Translations under genes and position numbers: made by a program
Assembly (NCBI GenBank): GCA_003161515.1
Contig: PMOH01000323.1
Coordinates: 1-35,130, forward strand
Direction of reading: 5' to 3'
Length of the DNA stretch: 35,130 bases
DNA from: Deltaproteobacteria bacterium
GTDB taxonomy: Bacteria > Desulfobacterota > Binatia > Binatales > Binataceae
Notes under the pieces: generated by a model
Told to the model about the DNA's origin: nothing
The model's database searches: none
The model's input: the letters and a program-made list of their open reading frames with translations, nothing else
Part shown: positions 27,743-35,130 of the stretch, piece after piece
Layout: every line of letters starts with the position of its first letter
Numbering within the stretch: the stretch's first letter is position 1

Positions 27743-27824
27743 CGGAACCACTTGCTGAGGCTTGCGAAGGCGCGAAGTGCTCTCCTATCGAAAAGTTCGA
27801 CACCCGGCATCGCTTGGCGGCCAT

Positions 27825-29258
27825 ATGCGGTTTGTCGCGAGCAACCTCGCGATGCTGGTGGCGGCGATCTTGATAACCGTCGCGCCCGCTGCGGCGCAGA
27901 CCGCTTTGAGCATGATCTGCGTCTCGCCCGACATCACCGTGGCTCTAACCAGCGGAACCATCACGCCCCAAATGGTGCAATGCTACTCATTTCCGTCTGG
28001 CACGGCGGCGATCAACTTTGTCGGAATCCCGGCGGGGGTTAACGTCACCGGATATTTTCCTGAGAGCGCTTCGCAGATCCTGCTGACGATCGATACCACG
28101 TACGCACTGCCGACGGACGGCAGCGGAGATACAGTGACTGTGACTCCGCGCGACGTCGCTTCGTATTCTCCGTCCACCGGCTTTTTCTCGTCGGCGCTCT
28201 TCTTCACGGGCGAGAGCTTCAGCATCCCCGACGGCGTTCGGATCGACGCGCTCGGAAAGAACTCGTTGGGACATCTGCTGCTCTCATTCGATGTGACTTT
28301 CAGTTTACCGAAGACGGGCGGGGGAATGCTGACAGTCAAACCGGCTGATATCGTGTCGTTTGACGGCGCCGGCTATTCGCTGGTTTTCGACAGCGCCGCA
28401 GCCGGCATCGCCGACGGAACGAACCTCGATGGCGCCACGATGCTGCCCAATGCCGATCTGTTGATAGCGTTCGATGAGTTCGGCTCGATCGGTGGGGTCA
28501 ACTTCGCGCCGGAAGAAGTGCTGGAGTTCAATCCTGGCGCCAGCAGTTGGGTGCTGTCCTTCGACGGAATCGTCCGCGACAATTGGCCCGACGGCAGTAT
28601 CATTCAGGGCGTCTATGCACAGGTGCCAGCGACCGCGACTTCAACTCCAACCGCGACCGCGACAGCCACTGCCTCCGCGACATCGACCGCGACCAGGACT
28701 GCAACGCCGACCGCAACTGCGACATCAACCGGCGGGACTCCTACTGCTACCTCAACAAAGACTGCTACACCGACGGCTACCAAGACGGCGACGGCTACAG
28801 CAACCGCGACATCAACCGGCGGGACTCCTACTGCGACCGCGACCGCAACTAGGACGGCGACGGCAACTGCGACGTCGACCGGCGGAACTGCGACTGCGAC
28901 GCCGACTGCCACGCCTACTCCGGTGCCGGTGACGCTCAAGATCAAACCGAAGTCGCTCAAGTTTTCGAAGACCACGGTTGGCACGACGAGCAAGCCGAAA
29001 AAGGTTAAGGTGTCGAATCCCAAAGGCAAGAAGAAGCATCCGGGGTTTCCGGTGTTGATCGAATTGATTTCCGATGCGGGTCCAGGAGTGTTCATGCAGA
29101 CGAACAACTGTCCCGCGAGTCTGTCGGCCGGCTCCTCTTGTTCAATCTCGGTGACGTTCACTCCGAGCGCAGCCACCAAGCAGACCGGAACGCTGACGAT
29201 TACCGACAACGGGAAGGGTGGTATGCAGAAGGTGCCGCTGAGCGGGACCGGGAAATAA
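27825..29258 (+). CDS. Secreted protein: orphan three-repeat N-terminal domain + Thr/Ala/Pro linker + terminal Ig-like domain, 477 aa
   Basis: The ATG at 27825 gives signal peptide MRFVASNLAMLVAAILITVAPAAAQ. The linker spans 28627-28925. The terminal domain LKFSKTTVGTTSKPKKVKVSN...CPASLSAGSSCSISVTFTPSA...LTITDN...VPLSGTGK is homologous to the C-termini of the GH30 and giant proteins. Confidence 0.75.
   Translation: MRFVASNLAMLVAAILITVAPAAAQTALSMICVSPDITVALTSGTITPQMVQCYSFPSGTAAINFVGIPAGVNVTGYFPESASQILLTIDTTYALPTDGSGDTVTVTPRDVASYSPSTGFFSSALFFTGESFSIPDGVRIDALGKNSLGHLLLSFDVTFSLPKTGGGMLTVKPADIVSFDGAGYSLVFDSAAAGIADGTNLDGATMLPNADLLIAFDEFGSIGGVNFAPEEVLEFNPGASSWVLSFDGIVRDNWPDGSIIQGVYAQVPATATSTPTATATATASATSTATRTATPTATATSTGGTPTATSTKTATPTATKTATATATATSTGGTPTATATATRTATATATSTGGTATATPTATPTPVPVTLKIKPKSLKFSKTTVGTTSKPKKVKVSNPKGKKKHPGFPVLIELISDAGPGVFMQTNNCPASLSAGSSCSISVTFTPSAATKQTGTLTITDNGKGGMQKVPLSGTGK
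28627..28925 (+). repeat. Coding Thr/Ala/Pro low-complexity linker with three STGGT(P/A)TAT units
   Basis: ATATSTPTATATATASATSTATRTATPTATATSTGGTPTATSTKTATPTATKTATATATATSTGGTPTATATATRTATATATSTGGTATATPTATPTP. ACn-GCn periodicity is visible in the DNA. Confidence 0.85.
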
Positions 29259-29280
29259 GTTTATCGCGCTTCAGCCGCTC

Positions 29281-30366
29281 TTAAGAATCGCGCATTGCGG
29301 ACCATGCGATTGCGGCCGCGGCGGTGCGGGTTTCGACGCCGAGTTTCCGGTGGATGCGCTCAACATGCTTGTCCACGGTCTTTCGCGTGATCGACAAAAT
29401 CGCCGCCGTCTCGCGGCTGGTCTTGCCCTTCGCGATCCAAAACAACACTTCGGCTTCGCGCCGTGAGAGGCCCAGTTGGCGCAGCGATTCCGGAGAATCT
29501 TGTCCCACTTCGCGGCTCAGCAATAGCAGGACCTCGTCGGGCCGCCTCGTCGTGAGCATCCGGATGTTCAGGCGCGCCCCTTCTGATTCCACCGTCAACG
29601 GGGAGCACGGCCGGACACCTGATTGTTTGCCGTCCGCTGACGTTTGCCAAAAACGAACCCATCGCAGAAGGAGATCCGGCAGCTTGTGATTCGGTTCCAG
29701 ATCGTCGCGGAAGAAGCTCGACAACCATCGGATCGCGGAACTGCTCGCGTGTTTGATCGTCAGGTTATGAACGACCACGACCGCAGAATTTACCGCTTCT
29801 TCGAGCGCTTGTTCGCGGCACTCGAGTTCGCTCCGGACCGTAGTCATTGCCTCGGCGTTCGCGTATGCCTGCTGCAGATGTGGGCGCAACTGATTGAGCA
29901 GATCGCGCTCGTCTTCGGTGAAGTCCATCGTCTCTCGGCCGAAGGCCAGCGTCACGATATCGCCGGCCGCTGACACCTCGAATCCGCCCGTCATCAGGTA
30001 TTCGACTCGCGCCGGCCAATACACCACGTCGTAGAGCTCGAGCCGATGAAACTGCCGCTGCGAAAGAAGGTCCGACATCTTCAGCGCGCGCTGATCGGTA
30101 TTGCGGTTGTGCAGGACCATCGGATGGTGATGCATCAGACGCGCGAGGGTTTCGTCCGCGTCAGGAACGCGCGCCCCAAGGGAAGGGGTCGCGAAGCTCT
30201 CGAACCGACGGCGCGAAAAGTTGGTTTCATTGAAACCGCATGAATCCGCGCTAATCAGCCGCGGGAGCAGTCCAATCACATGCCTTGGGAAGCTGTCGAG
30301 CGTTTGCGCCGAATATAACTCCGGCAGCAGACGCGCCAACTTTTCGTATTGCACCCGTTCGGTCAT
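29281..30366 (-). CDS. LuxR/FixJ-type HTH regulator, paralogue of 15540..16613, 361 aa
   Basis: C-terminal LSRREAEVLFWIAKGKTSRETAAILSITRKTVDKHVERIHRKLGVETRTAAAA. The N-terminal domain is collinear with the other regulator (ELYSAQTLDSFPRHVIGLLPRLI versus GLYEPRSLGAFSDHLLSSLRTLV; LRPHLQQAY versus ISPHLRQAF). Divergent from the GH30 gene. Confidence 0.85.
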   Translation of the reverse strand: MTERVQYEKLARLLPELYSAQTLDSFPRHVIGLLPRLISADSCGFNETNFSRRRFESFATPSLGARVPDADETLARLMHHHPMVLHNRNTDQRALKMSDLLSQRQFHRLELYDVVYWPARVEYLMTGGFEVSAAGDIVTLAFGRETMDFTEDERDLLNQLRPHLQQAYANAEAMTTVRSELECREQALEEAVNSAVVVVHNLTIKHASSSAIRWLSSFFRDDLEPNHKLPDLLLRWVRFWQTSADGKQSGVRPCSPLTVESEGARLNIRMLTTRRPDEVLLLLSREVGQDSPESLRQLGLSRREAEVLFWIAKGKTSRETAAILSITRKTVDKHVERIHRKLGVETRTAAAAIAWSAMRDS

Positions 30367-30399
30367 CGGTGGGTACGTACATTTCCGTATTGTCCAGCG

Positions 30400-30415
30400 T
30401 ACGTCAAATGCCGTA
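30400..30415 (-). promoter_or_regulatory. Candidate operator/-35 element TACGGCATTTGACGTA upstream of the LuxR paralogue
   Basis: On the minus strand it reads TACGGCATTTGACGTA, 34 nt upstream of the ATG at 30366. 13 of 16 positions match 15470-15485, including the full TTTGACGTA 9-mer. Confidence 0.3.
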
Positions 30416-30524
30416 ATAGTAGGTCAATTGTGTCAATGATAACTTTTAGTATGAAAAATAGCGTTCAAGCTAATCGGCGTTCTTCCTGAGACTCAAAACT
30501 GGGTCGAACTGCCCGTTCTGTTCG

Positions 30525-32444
30525 ATGAGGGAGCGAATGAAGAGGTATTTAGGAAAATACATGACCATGGCGATTGTGCCAACTACGGCCCCAGCGCTGG
30601 TGAATTCCGCGATGGAGCGGTCTAGCAAGAAACCGGGCTTGTTTCTGACCCTCGTAGCGGCCCTCGTCCTATCATTTTCCGGATTTGGCAGTGCGCATGC
30701 GGAAACGGCAACGATCGACTGGACGAATGTTCACCAGATTATCGACGGCTTCGGCGCATCGGATACGTTCGCCGGCCCGCTCACATCGGCGAACCAGGCT
30801 TTCTTCTTTGGGACGGGGAGCGGACAGCTTGGTCTGTCCATACTGAGAACAGGAGTTCCAGACAACAGCGAGGTTGCCGGAAGCTGCACAACGGTTAGCG
30901 TAGGGTGTGCGGGTCCGTATGTCAGTGATATGAAGGCGGCCATTGCCAATGGAGCAATAATCTATAGCTCTCCCTGGACGCCGCCACCTGCCTACAAAAC
31001 AAACGGTCTCGGCACATGCACCAGCAGTGCTGGGTTGATAACTTCGGATTACGCTGCCTATGCAACCTGGCTTGCTAACTATGTCAAAAGTTTGCAAACG
31101 GAAGAGGGCATTACTCTCTACGCGTTATCGGTCCAGAATGAGCCAAACATATGCCTTAGCTACGATTCCGCTGTCTGGACGGCGGCCGAGATCGATACGT
31201 TCGTAGCGACCAACCTGGGTCCCACCTTTGCCGGGGATGGGCTGTCTACTCTCATCTACGTGCCAGAGGGCAGCGGCTACAACGAGATGAGTCTGGGTAG
31301 TACCTGCGCCACCGACTCGTCTTGCAACAAATACATCGGCGGCGTCGTTTGGCATGACTACGATGCCAACCTTGCCGGCTCAAACACAATTGCAGCGGAT
31401 ATTTACCCTGCCGACTGGCCTGAGGGAAAGAAATATTGGCAGACAGAAGCTTCTTGTGGCTCCGGTTTTGGGCCGAATTTTTGTCAATCGGGCTTTAACA
31501 CCGATATCACAGATGCGCTTGACTGGGCCGCAGTCATCGACCAGCGAATCGCCGTCGACGATGCAAATGCGTGGCTATACTGGTGGCTGGTCGGTCTGGA
31601 TAGCACCGATGACCAAGCGTTGGTGAACAGCAGTGGCACTATCGCAAAGCGGGCCTACATGCTGGGGCAGTACAGCAAATTTGTACGGCCGGGATATTCC
31701 CGGATAGATGCGACGCACCTTCCAGCAACAGGAGTTAGCGCCTCGGCCTACCAAAACACCGCCACTGGTTCTCTGGTCATCATCGCGACCAACTACAGTG
31801 GTTCTGACGTCTCCCAGGACTTCGCTGTAACCAACGCTCCCGCATTTTCGAGCGTGACTCCGTACACTACCTCTGCGAGTTTGAGTCTCGCCAAACAAGC
31901 GAATGTAGCGGTGTCATCGAATTCGTTTACCTATAAATTGCCGGCGGACAGCATCACGACACTTACCTCTTCGGCCTCCACGGGCGCCACTCCAACTCCG
32001 ACAGCAACCGCGACGCCTACTCCGACGGCAACCTCGACCGCTGCAACTCCAACTCCCACGGCGACGGCATCGGCAACTCCGACTGCCACGCCGACTCCTG
32101 TCGGGATGGTGTCGATCAAGCCAACTTCGGTGAATTTTGGAACGAAGACGGCCGTCGGAAAAACCAGCAAGCCAAAAACGGTTATCGTCAAAAATGATGG
32201 CAACAAAAATGGGGGGCTGGCCGTCACCATCGAGATGGAGAGCGCGTCCCCGTCGGTGTTCGCGGTGAAGTCGCAATGCAAGAAGACGCTCAGCCCGGGC
32301 AAGAGCTGCAAGGTGTCAGTGACCTTCAAGCCGGTGGATGATACGACGGCTGAGACTGGCAAGCTTATGATTTTCGACAACGCGAGTGGCTCGCCACAGT
32401 CAGTGCCGCTCTCCGGAACCGGAAAGGCCGCCAAGAAAAAATAG
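30525..32444 (+). CDS. Secreted glycoside hydrolase family 30-like enzyme + Thr/Ala/Pro linker + terminal Ig-like domain, up to 639 aa
   Basis: GH30 hallmarks: IDGFGASDTF; LSVQNEPN (acid/base Glu); YWQTEAS (nucleophile Glu); beta-sandwich tail YMLGQYSKFVRPGY. The signal peptide follows the Met at 30612 (MERSSKKPGLFLTLVAALVLSFSGFGSAHA). ATGs at 30525, 30537 and 30612 are all possible starts. The C-terminal domain is VNFGTKTAVGKTSKPKTVIVKN...CKVSVTFKP...VPLSGTGKAAKKK. Confidence 0.85.
   Translation: MRERMKRYLGKYMTMAIVPTTAPALVNSAMERSSKKPGLFLTLVAALVLSFSGFGSAHAETATIDWTNVHQIIDGFGASDTFAGPLTSANQAFFFGTGSGQLGLSILRTGVPDNSEVAGSCTTVSVGCAGPYVSDMKAAIANGAIIYSSPWTPPPAYKTNGLGTCTSSAGLITSDYAAYATWLANYVKSLQTEEGITLYALSVQNEPNICLSYDSAVWTAAEIDTFVATNLGPTFAGDGLSTLIYVPEGSGYNEMSLGSTCATDSSCNKYIGGVVWHDYDANLAGSNTIAADIYPADWPEGKKYWQTEASCGSGFGPNFCQSGFNTDITDALDWAAVIDQRIAVDDANAWLYWWLVGLDSTDDQALVNSSGTIAKRAYMLGQYSKFVRPGYSRIDATHLPATGVSASAYQNTATGSLVIIATNYSGSDVSQDFAVTNAPAFSSVTPYTTSASLSLAKQANVAVSSNSFTYKLPADSITTLTSSASTGATPTPTATATPTPTATSTAATPTPTATASATPTATPTPVGMVSIKPTSVNFGTKTAVGKTSKPKTVIVKNDGNKNGGLAVTIEMESASPSVFAVKSQCKKTLSPGKSCKVSVTFKPVDDTTAETGKLMIFDNASGSPQSVPLSGTGKAAKKK
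31969..32103 (+). repeat. Coding Thr/Ala/Pro low-complexity linker
   Basis: SSASTGATPTPTATATPTPTATSTAATPTPTATASATPTATPTP. Same compositional type as the linkers in the other two secreted proteins. Confidence 0.85.
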
Positions 32445-32520
32445 AACGGCGCATAACGGCCCTCACGATGTGACCTTCACGGGACACTGGCTCATAGCCG
32501 CAACCTTCCAGATGACGAAA

Positions 32521-32560
32521 CCGCCGGAGCGAATCAATCGCTCCGGCGGTTCAATTTTCT
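32521..32560 (+). terminator. Rho-independent terminator after the GH30 gene
   Basis: Perfect 12-bp stem CCGCCGGAGCGA (32521-32532) / TCGCTCCGGCGG (32538-32549) with a 5-nt loop, followed by TTCAATTTTCT. Confidence 0.75.
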
Positions 32561-32787
32561 GCTCCCGAAGGACGCTCGCTTTTTTCTGCTGGGGCGTATA
32601 TTAGAAATCGCGATTCAATGACTCTTTTTTGTTGCAGAGGTCGGGCAAAATTAGGTAGCCTTACGCCGGATTTCGAGGCATCTCGCGAGCGCATCGTCGT
32701 AAGGATTTGATTTTTTCACGGTTTTTGCTGAGATTGCTGTGAGCGCCCTTTTTTCACGGCCGCTCCATGGAGTTTTGGTGGTAACGG

Positions 32788-33561
32788 ATGGCTAAGTTTG
32801 ACTGGAACGAAACCAAACGCCAGATAACCGATTCGCAGGCCTGGCAATCGATCTTCAGGCACGGCTACGAGGACACCCCGCGCAACCGGATCCTGATGGT
32901 CTCCGGCAACGTGTGGCTGCATCTGCATCCGTCCAAAGTGCAGAAGCATACCGTCCGCCTGCGCTTCACCTGGTGCATGGGCGGCATCACGTTTCTGCTG
33001 TTCCTCGTGACCGTGATCACCGGCGTGTACCTGATGTTCTACTATCGGCCGACAGCGGAATACGCCTACGCCGATATGAAGTACCTCGAGTTCGACATGC
33101 CGTTCGGGATGTTGATGCGCAACATGCATCGATGGGCCGCGCACGGGATGGTGATCGCCGTGTGGCTGCACATGTTCCGCGTGTTCATGACCGGCTCATA
33201 CAAACCGCCGCGCGAGTTCAACTGGGTGGTCGGCGTGATCCTGCTGGTGCTGACGCTGTTGCTGTCGTTCACCGGATACCTGCTGCCGTGGGATCAACTT
33301 TCCATCTGGGCGGTGACGGTCGGATCGAACATGGCGCGCGCGACGCCGCTGCTTGGGCATGGCGGCCCGTTCCATGAAGTGCTCGGCGTGAATCCGGTGT
33401 ACGACGCGCGCGCATTTATTTTCGGCGGCGCAGAAATCGGACCGCATACGCTGCTGCGCTTCTACATCTTGCACTGCATATTTTTTCCGTTGATCGCGAG
33501 TATCTTCATGGCGGTGCATTTCTGGCGAATCCGCCGCGACGGCATGTCGGGGCCGCTCTAG
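32788..33561 (+). CDS. Cytochrome b, N-terminal (b6-like, haem-binding) subunit of a split cytochrome bc complex, 257 aa
   Basis: His pairs in helices B and D (RNMHRWAAHGMVIAVWLHMFRVF; FYILHCIFFPLIASIFMAVHFWRIRR). PREFNWVVGVILL and SFTGYLLPWDQLSIWA are typical cytochrome b/b6 motifs. Confidence 0.9.
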   Translation: MAKFDWNETKRQITDSQAWQSIFRHGYEDTPRNRILMVSGNVWLHLHPSKVQKHTVRLRFTWCMGGITFLLFLVTVITGVYLMFYYRPTAEYAYADMKYLEFDMPFGMLMRNMHRWAAHGMVIAVWLHMFRVFMTGSYKPPREFNWVVGVILLVLTLLLSFTGYLLPWDQLSIWAVTVGSNMARATPLLGHGGPFHEVLGVNPVYDARAFIFGGAEIGPHTLLRFYILHCIFFPLIASIFMAVHFWRIRRDGMSGPL

Positions 33562-33579
33562 GCAGGGGTCGAGGCGGAG

Positions 33580-33726
33580 ATGGGAGACGTATTTTCGTGG
33601 TTTTTGCACCAGGGAATTGTGCGCGTGCTGTCGGTGCCGATCGGCATGCTGCTCTTGCTATATCTGATGTACGTGCTGGCAGCGCCGGAACCGTGGAGCG
33701 ACGACGAGGACAAGGCGCCTCACTAA
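33580..33726 (+). CDS. Unlisted mini-ORF: single-TM protein, 48 aa
   Basis: Hand translation: MGDVFSWFLHQGIVRVLSVPIGMLLLLYLMYVLAAPEPWSDDEDKAPH*. The ATG at 33580 is preceded by GAGGCGGAG. It fills the gap between the two cytochrome b genes. G/C-rich third positions. Below the 60-aa ORF-track cutoff. Confidence 0.45.
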   Translation: MGDVFSWFLHQGIVRVLSVPIGMLLLLYLMYVLAAPEPWSDDEDKAPH

Positions 33727-33736
33727 GGGATTAATC

Positions 33737-34639
33737 ATGGCAAGCCCTGAAGGTAACGAAGGCGGCATCGTGATGCGCGCAGCCGGTGCGGGCGCGGGAT
33801 CTGCGTCGCGGACTCCGCCGGCGGCCCCCGGCAAGCGTATCGAAGTCCCGATCAAAAAGGCGGGTGGCGGCGTCGAGGAGAAGCTGCACACCTGGCCGTT
33901 CCTGGTGCGCAACGAATTCCTGATGACGCTGCTGGTCATCATCGTATTGACGGTGTGGTCGCTGCTGCTCAACGCGCCGCTCGAGCAGCCGTCGAATCCG
34001 ACGCGCACGCCGAATCCGTCGAAAGCGCCGTGGTACTTCCTCGGCTTGCAGGAAATGCTCGTGTTCTTCGACCCGTGGTACGCCGGCGTCGTGCTGCCGA
34101 GCTTCATCATCGTCGGCCTGATGCTGATCCCGTATCTCGACATCAATCCGAAGGGCAACGGCTACTACACGCTGAAAGAACGATTTTTCGAGATCATGTC
34201 GTTCTTCATCGGCTTCCACATTTTGTGGGTCTCGTTCATCATCATCGGCACGTTTTTCCGCGGCCCCGGCTGGAACTGGTTCTGGCCCGGCCAGGTTTGG
34301 GATCCGCACCTGGTCGAGGCGCTGACCAACGTCGATCTGCCGTACATGTTCGGCTTCCGCGACTACCTGGCGTCGGCGCTCTTCGGATTGTTCCTGATAG
34401 GCGGCTACTTCGTGGTCGGCTACGCGGTCTTGTATTTCTGGATACGAGCGCGGCCCGCGGGCGATCCGTGGTCCGCGTTTCCCGGCGGCGGTCCCGAGAT
34501 TCTCGAGAAGTGGGGACCAGTGCGCTTCGGCATCACGGGATTTCTGCTGATCGCGATGGCCGGCGTGTTCATCAAGATGGCTTTGCGGCACGCGCTCAAC
34601 ATCAAGTACATCCTGGTTACGCCCTGGATTAACATCTGA
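33737..34639 (+). CDS. Cytochrome b C-terminal (subunit IV/PetD-like) subunit with extra TM helices, 300 aa
   Basis: PSKAPWYFLGLQEML corresponds to the PEWYFL motif of the cytochrome b C-terminal domain. Several further hydrophobic helices follow. AAGGGA RBS before the ATG. Confidence 0.85.
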   Translation: MASPEGNEGGIVMRAAGAGAGSASRTPPAAPGKRIEVPIKKAGGGVEEKLHTWPFLVRNEFLMTLLVIIVLTVWSLLLNAPLEQPSNPTRTPNPSKAPWYFLGLQEMLVFFDPWYAGVVLPSFIIVGLMLIPYLDINPKGNGYYTLKERFFEIMSFFIGFHILWVSFIIIGTFFRGPGWNWFWPGQVWDPHLVEALTNVDLPYMFGFRDYLASALFGLFLIGGYFVVGYAVLYFWIRARPAGDPWSAFPGGGPEILEKWGPVRFGITGFLLIAMAGVFIKMALRHALNIKYILVTPWINI

Positions 34640-34657
34640 CGTGGCCGCGACGACCCC

Positions 34658-34837
34658 GTGTTCATCCTCGCCAAAGTATTGCAGGCGCTCGGACTCGCCG
34701 ACGTCGGGTTCGCGCTTTACGTCGGCATCACGCAACCGCACGGGATGGGGCACGAATACGAATTCACCGGCATCGGCATCCTGGTTTTTCTGGCCGGTTA
34801 TATTATTGAGGGGCTGTGGGTTTCGCGCGGCGAATGA
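34658..34837 (+). CDS. Unlisted mini-ORF: two-TM protein, 59 aa
   Basis: Hand translation from GTG 34658: VFILAKVLQALGLADVGFALYVGITQPHGMGHEYEFTGIGILVFLAGYIIEGLWVSRGE*. Hydrophobic, with G/C-rich third positions. The overlapping ORF-track entry 34641..34844 translates to a Ser/Arg-rich off-frame-looking product. Confidence 0.35.
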   Translation: MFILAKVLQALGLADVGFALYVGITQPHGMGHEYEFTGIGILVFLAGYIIEGLWVSRGE

Positions 34838-34918
34838 CTACTGACTATTCGAGTGACTATTCGACTGAGTATCTGGAAGGTGGCCGCGCGGCGGCGAGTT
34901 GAGGAATAGGTAGAGCAG

Positions 34919-35130
34919 ATGGCTGGCAGACCGGGGCTTGATCCCACCGAAGAAGGAAAATCTTACAGCGCGTTGTTCGTGCTGATGGTAGCGGTGCTGC
35001 TGGTCAGCGCGGTCTGGTCGATTTGGGACGACAACATCTCGCGCCGCCCGTGGAAGCAATATCAAGTCCAGTGGGATCACCTGGCCTACGACAAGTACAT
35101 GAACGACGCGGCCGAGGAGCAGAAGCGCCT
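34919..35130 (+). CDS. Membrane-anchored protein, 5' partial (runs off the window); possibly a further bc-complex subunit
   Basis: The ATG at 34919 opens a frame with no stop to the window end: MAGRPGLDPTEEGKSYSALFVLMVAVLLVSAVWSIWDDNISRRPWKQYQVQWDHLAYDKYMNDAAEEQKR.. One TM anchor. Function cannot be called from 70 aa. Confidence 0.45.
   Translation, partial: MAGRPGLDPTEEGKSYSALFVLMVAVLLVSAVWSIWDDNISRRPWKQYQVQWDHLAYDKYMNDAAEEQKR

Noticed and set aside
33731-34753. 340-aa minus-strand ORF. Other long antisense ORFs occur at 1586-2515, 21231-22100, 8096-8800, 20427-20894 and 32716-33171.
   Set aside because: All lie opposite strongly supported genes (cytochrome b subunit, kaiC, methyltransferase, ThDP enzyme, secD). 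They translate to Arg/Asp/His-rich low-complexity sequence typical of high-G+C shadow frames.
34641-34844. 67-aa ORF-track entry downstream of the cytochrome b subunit gene.
   Set aside because: The product is Ser/Arg/Thr-rich with no hydrophobic segments. The alternative frame (34658-34837) gives a plausible two-TM mini-protein, so the listed frame is probably off-frame.

Overview
This is a 35.1-kb chromosomal segment from a high-G+C diderm bacterium. I cannot assign a taxon from sequence alone. About 30 real genes are present; most other six-frame ORFs are antisense or off-frame shadows typical of high-G+C DNA. Gene order, left to right: (1) a VOC-family protein. (2) A KaiA-less kaiC-kaiB-kaiB-PAS histidine kinase operon (824-4524). 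(3) A small accessory patch with a hypothetical gene, a GNAT coupled to a MORN lipoprotein, and a lower-G+C three-gene cassette. (4) A ThDP-dependent enzyme. (5) A POTRA-less Omp85-family barrel. (6) A 5.6-kb segment bracketed by 40-bp direct repeats of the queA 5' end, carrying a ~1392-aa secreted multi-propeller protein and a LuxR-type regulator. (7) The conserved queA-tgt-yajC-secD block, with no secF. (8) An excisionase-type HTH gene. (9) A PmtA-like methyltransferase whose 3' end recurs as a relic on the far side of a membrane-protein gene. (10) An ATC-hydrolase-like gene overlapping a Cu(I) P1B-type ATPase with a Cys-rich N-terminus. (11) A second secreted-protein locus: a beta-helix protein, an orphan-domain protein, a LuxR paralogue and a GH30 hydrolase. 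(12) A split cytochrome b operon with two mini-ORFs below the ORF-track cutoff. The strongest candidate for an undescribed system is a recurring module. Two paralogous LuxR-type regulators each sit next to genes for secreted proteins, and three otherwise unrelated secreted proteins share a Thr/Ala/Pro low-complexity linker followed by a terminal ~95-aa Ig-like domain ending in SGTG/TGTG. One copy of this module lies inside the queA-repeat-bracketed insertion. I recognised no rRNA, tRNA, CRISPR array, transposase or integrase.
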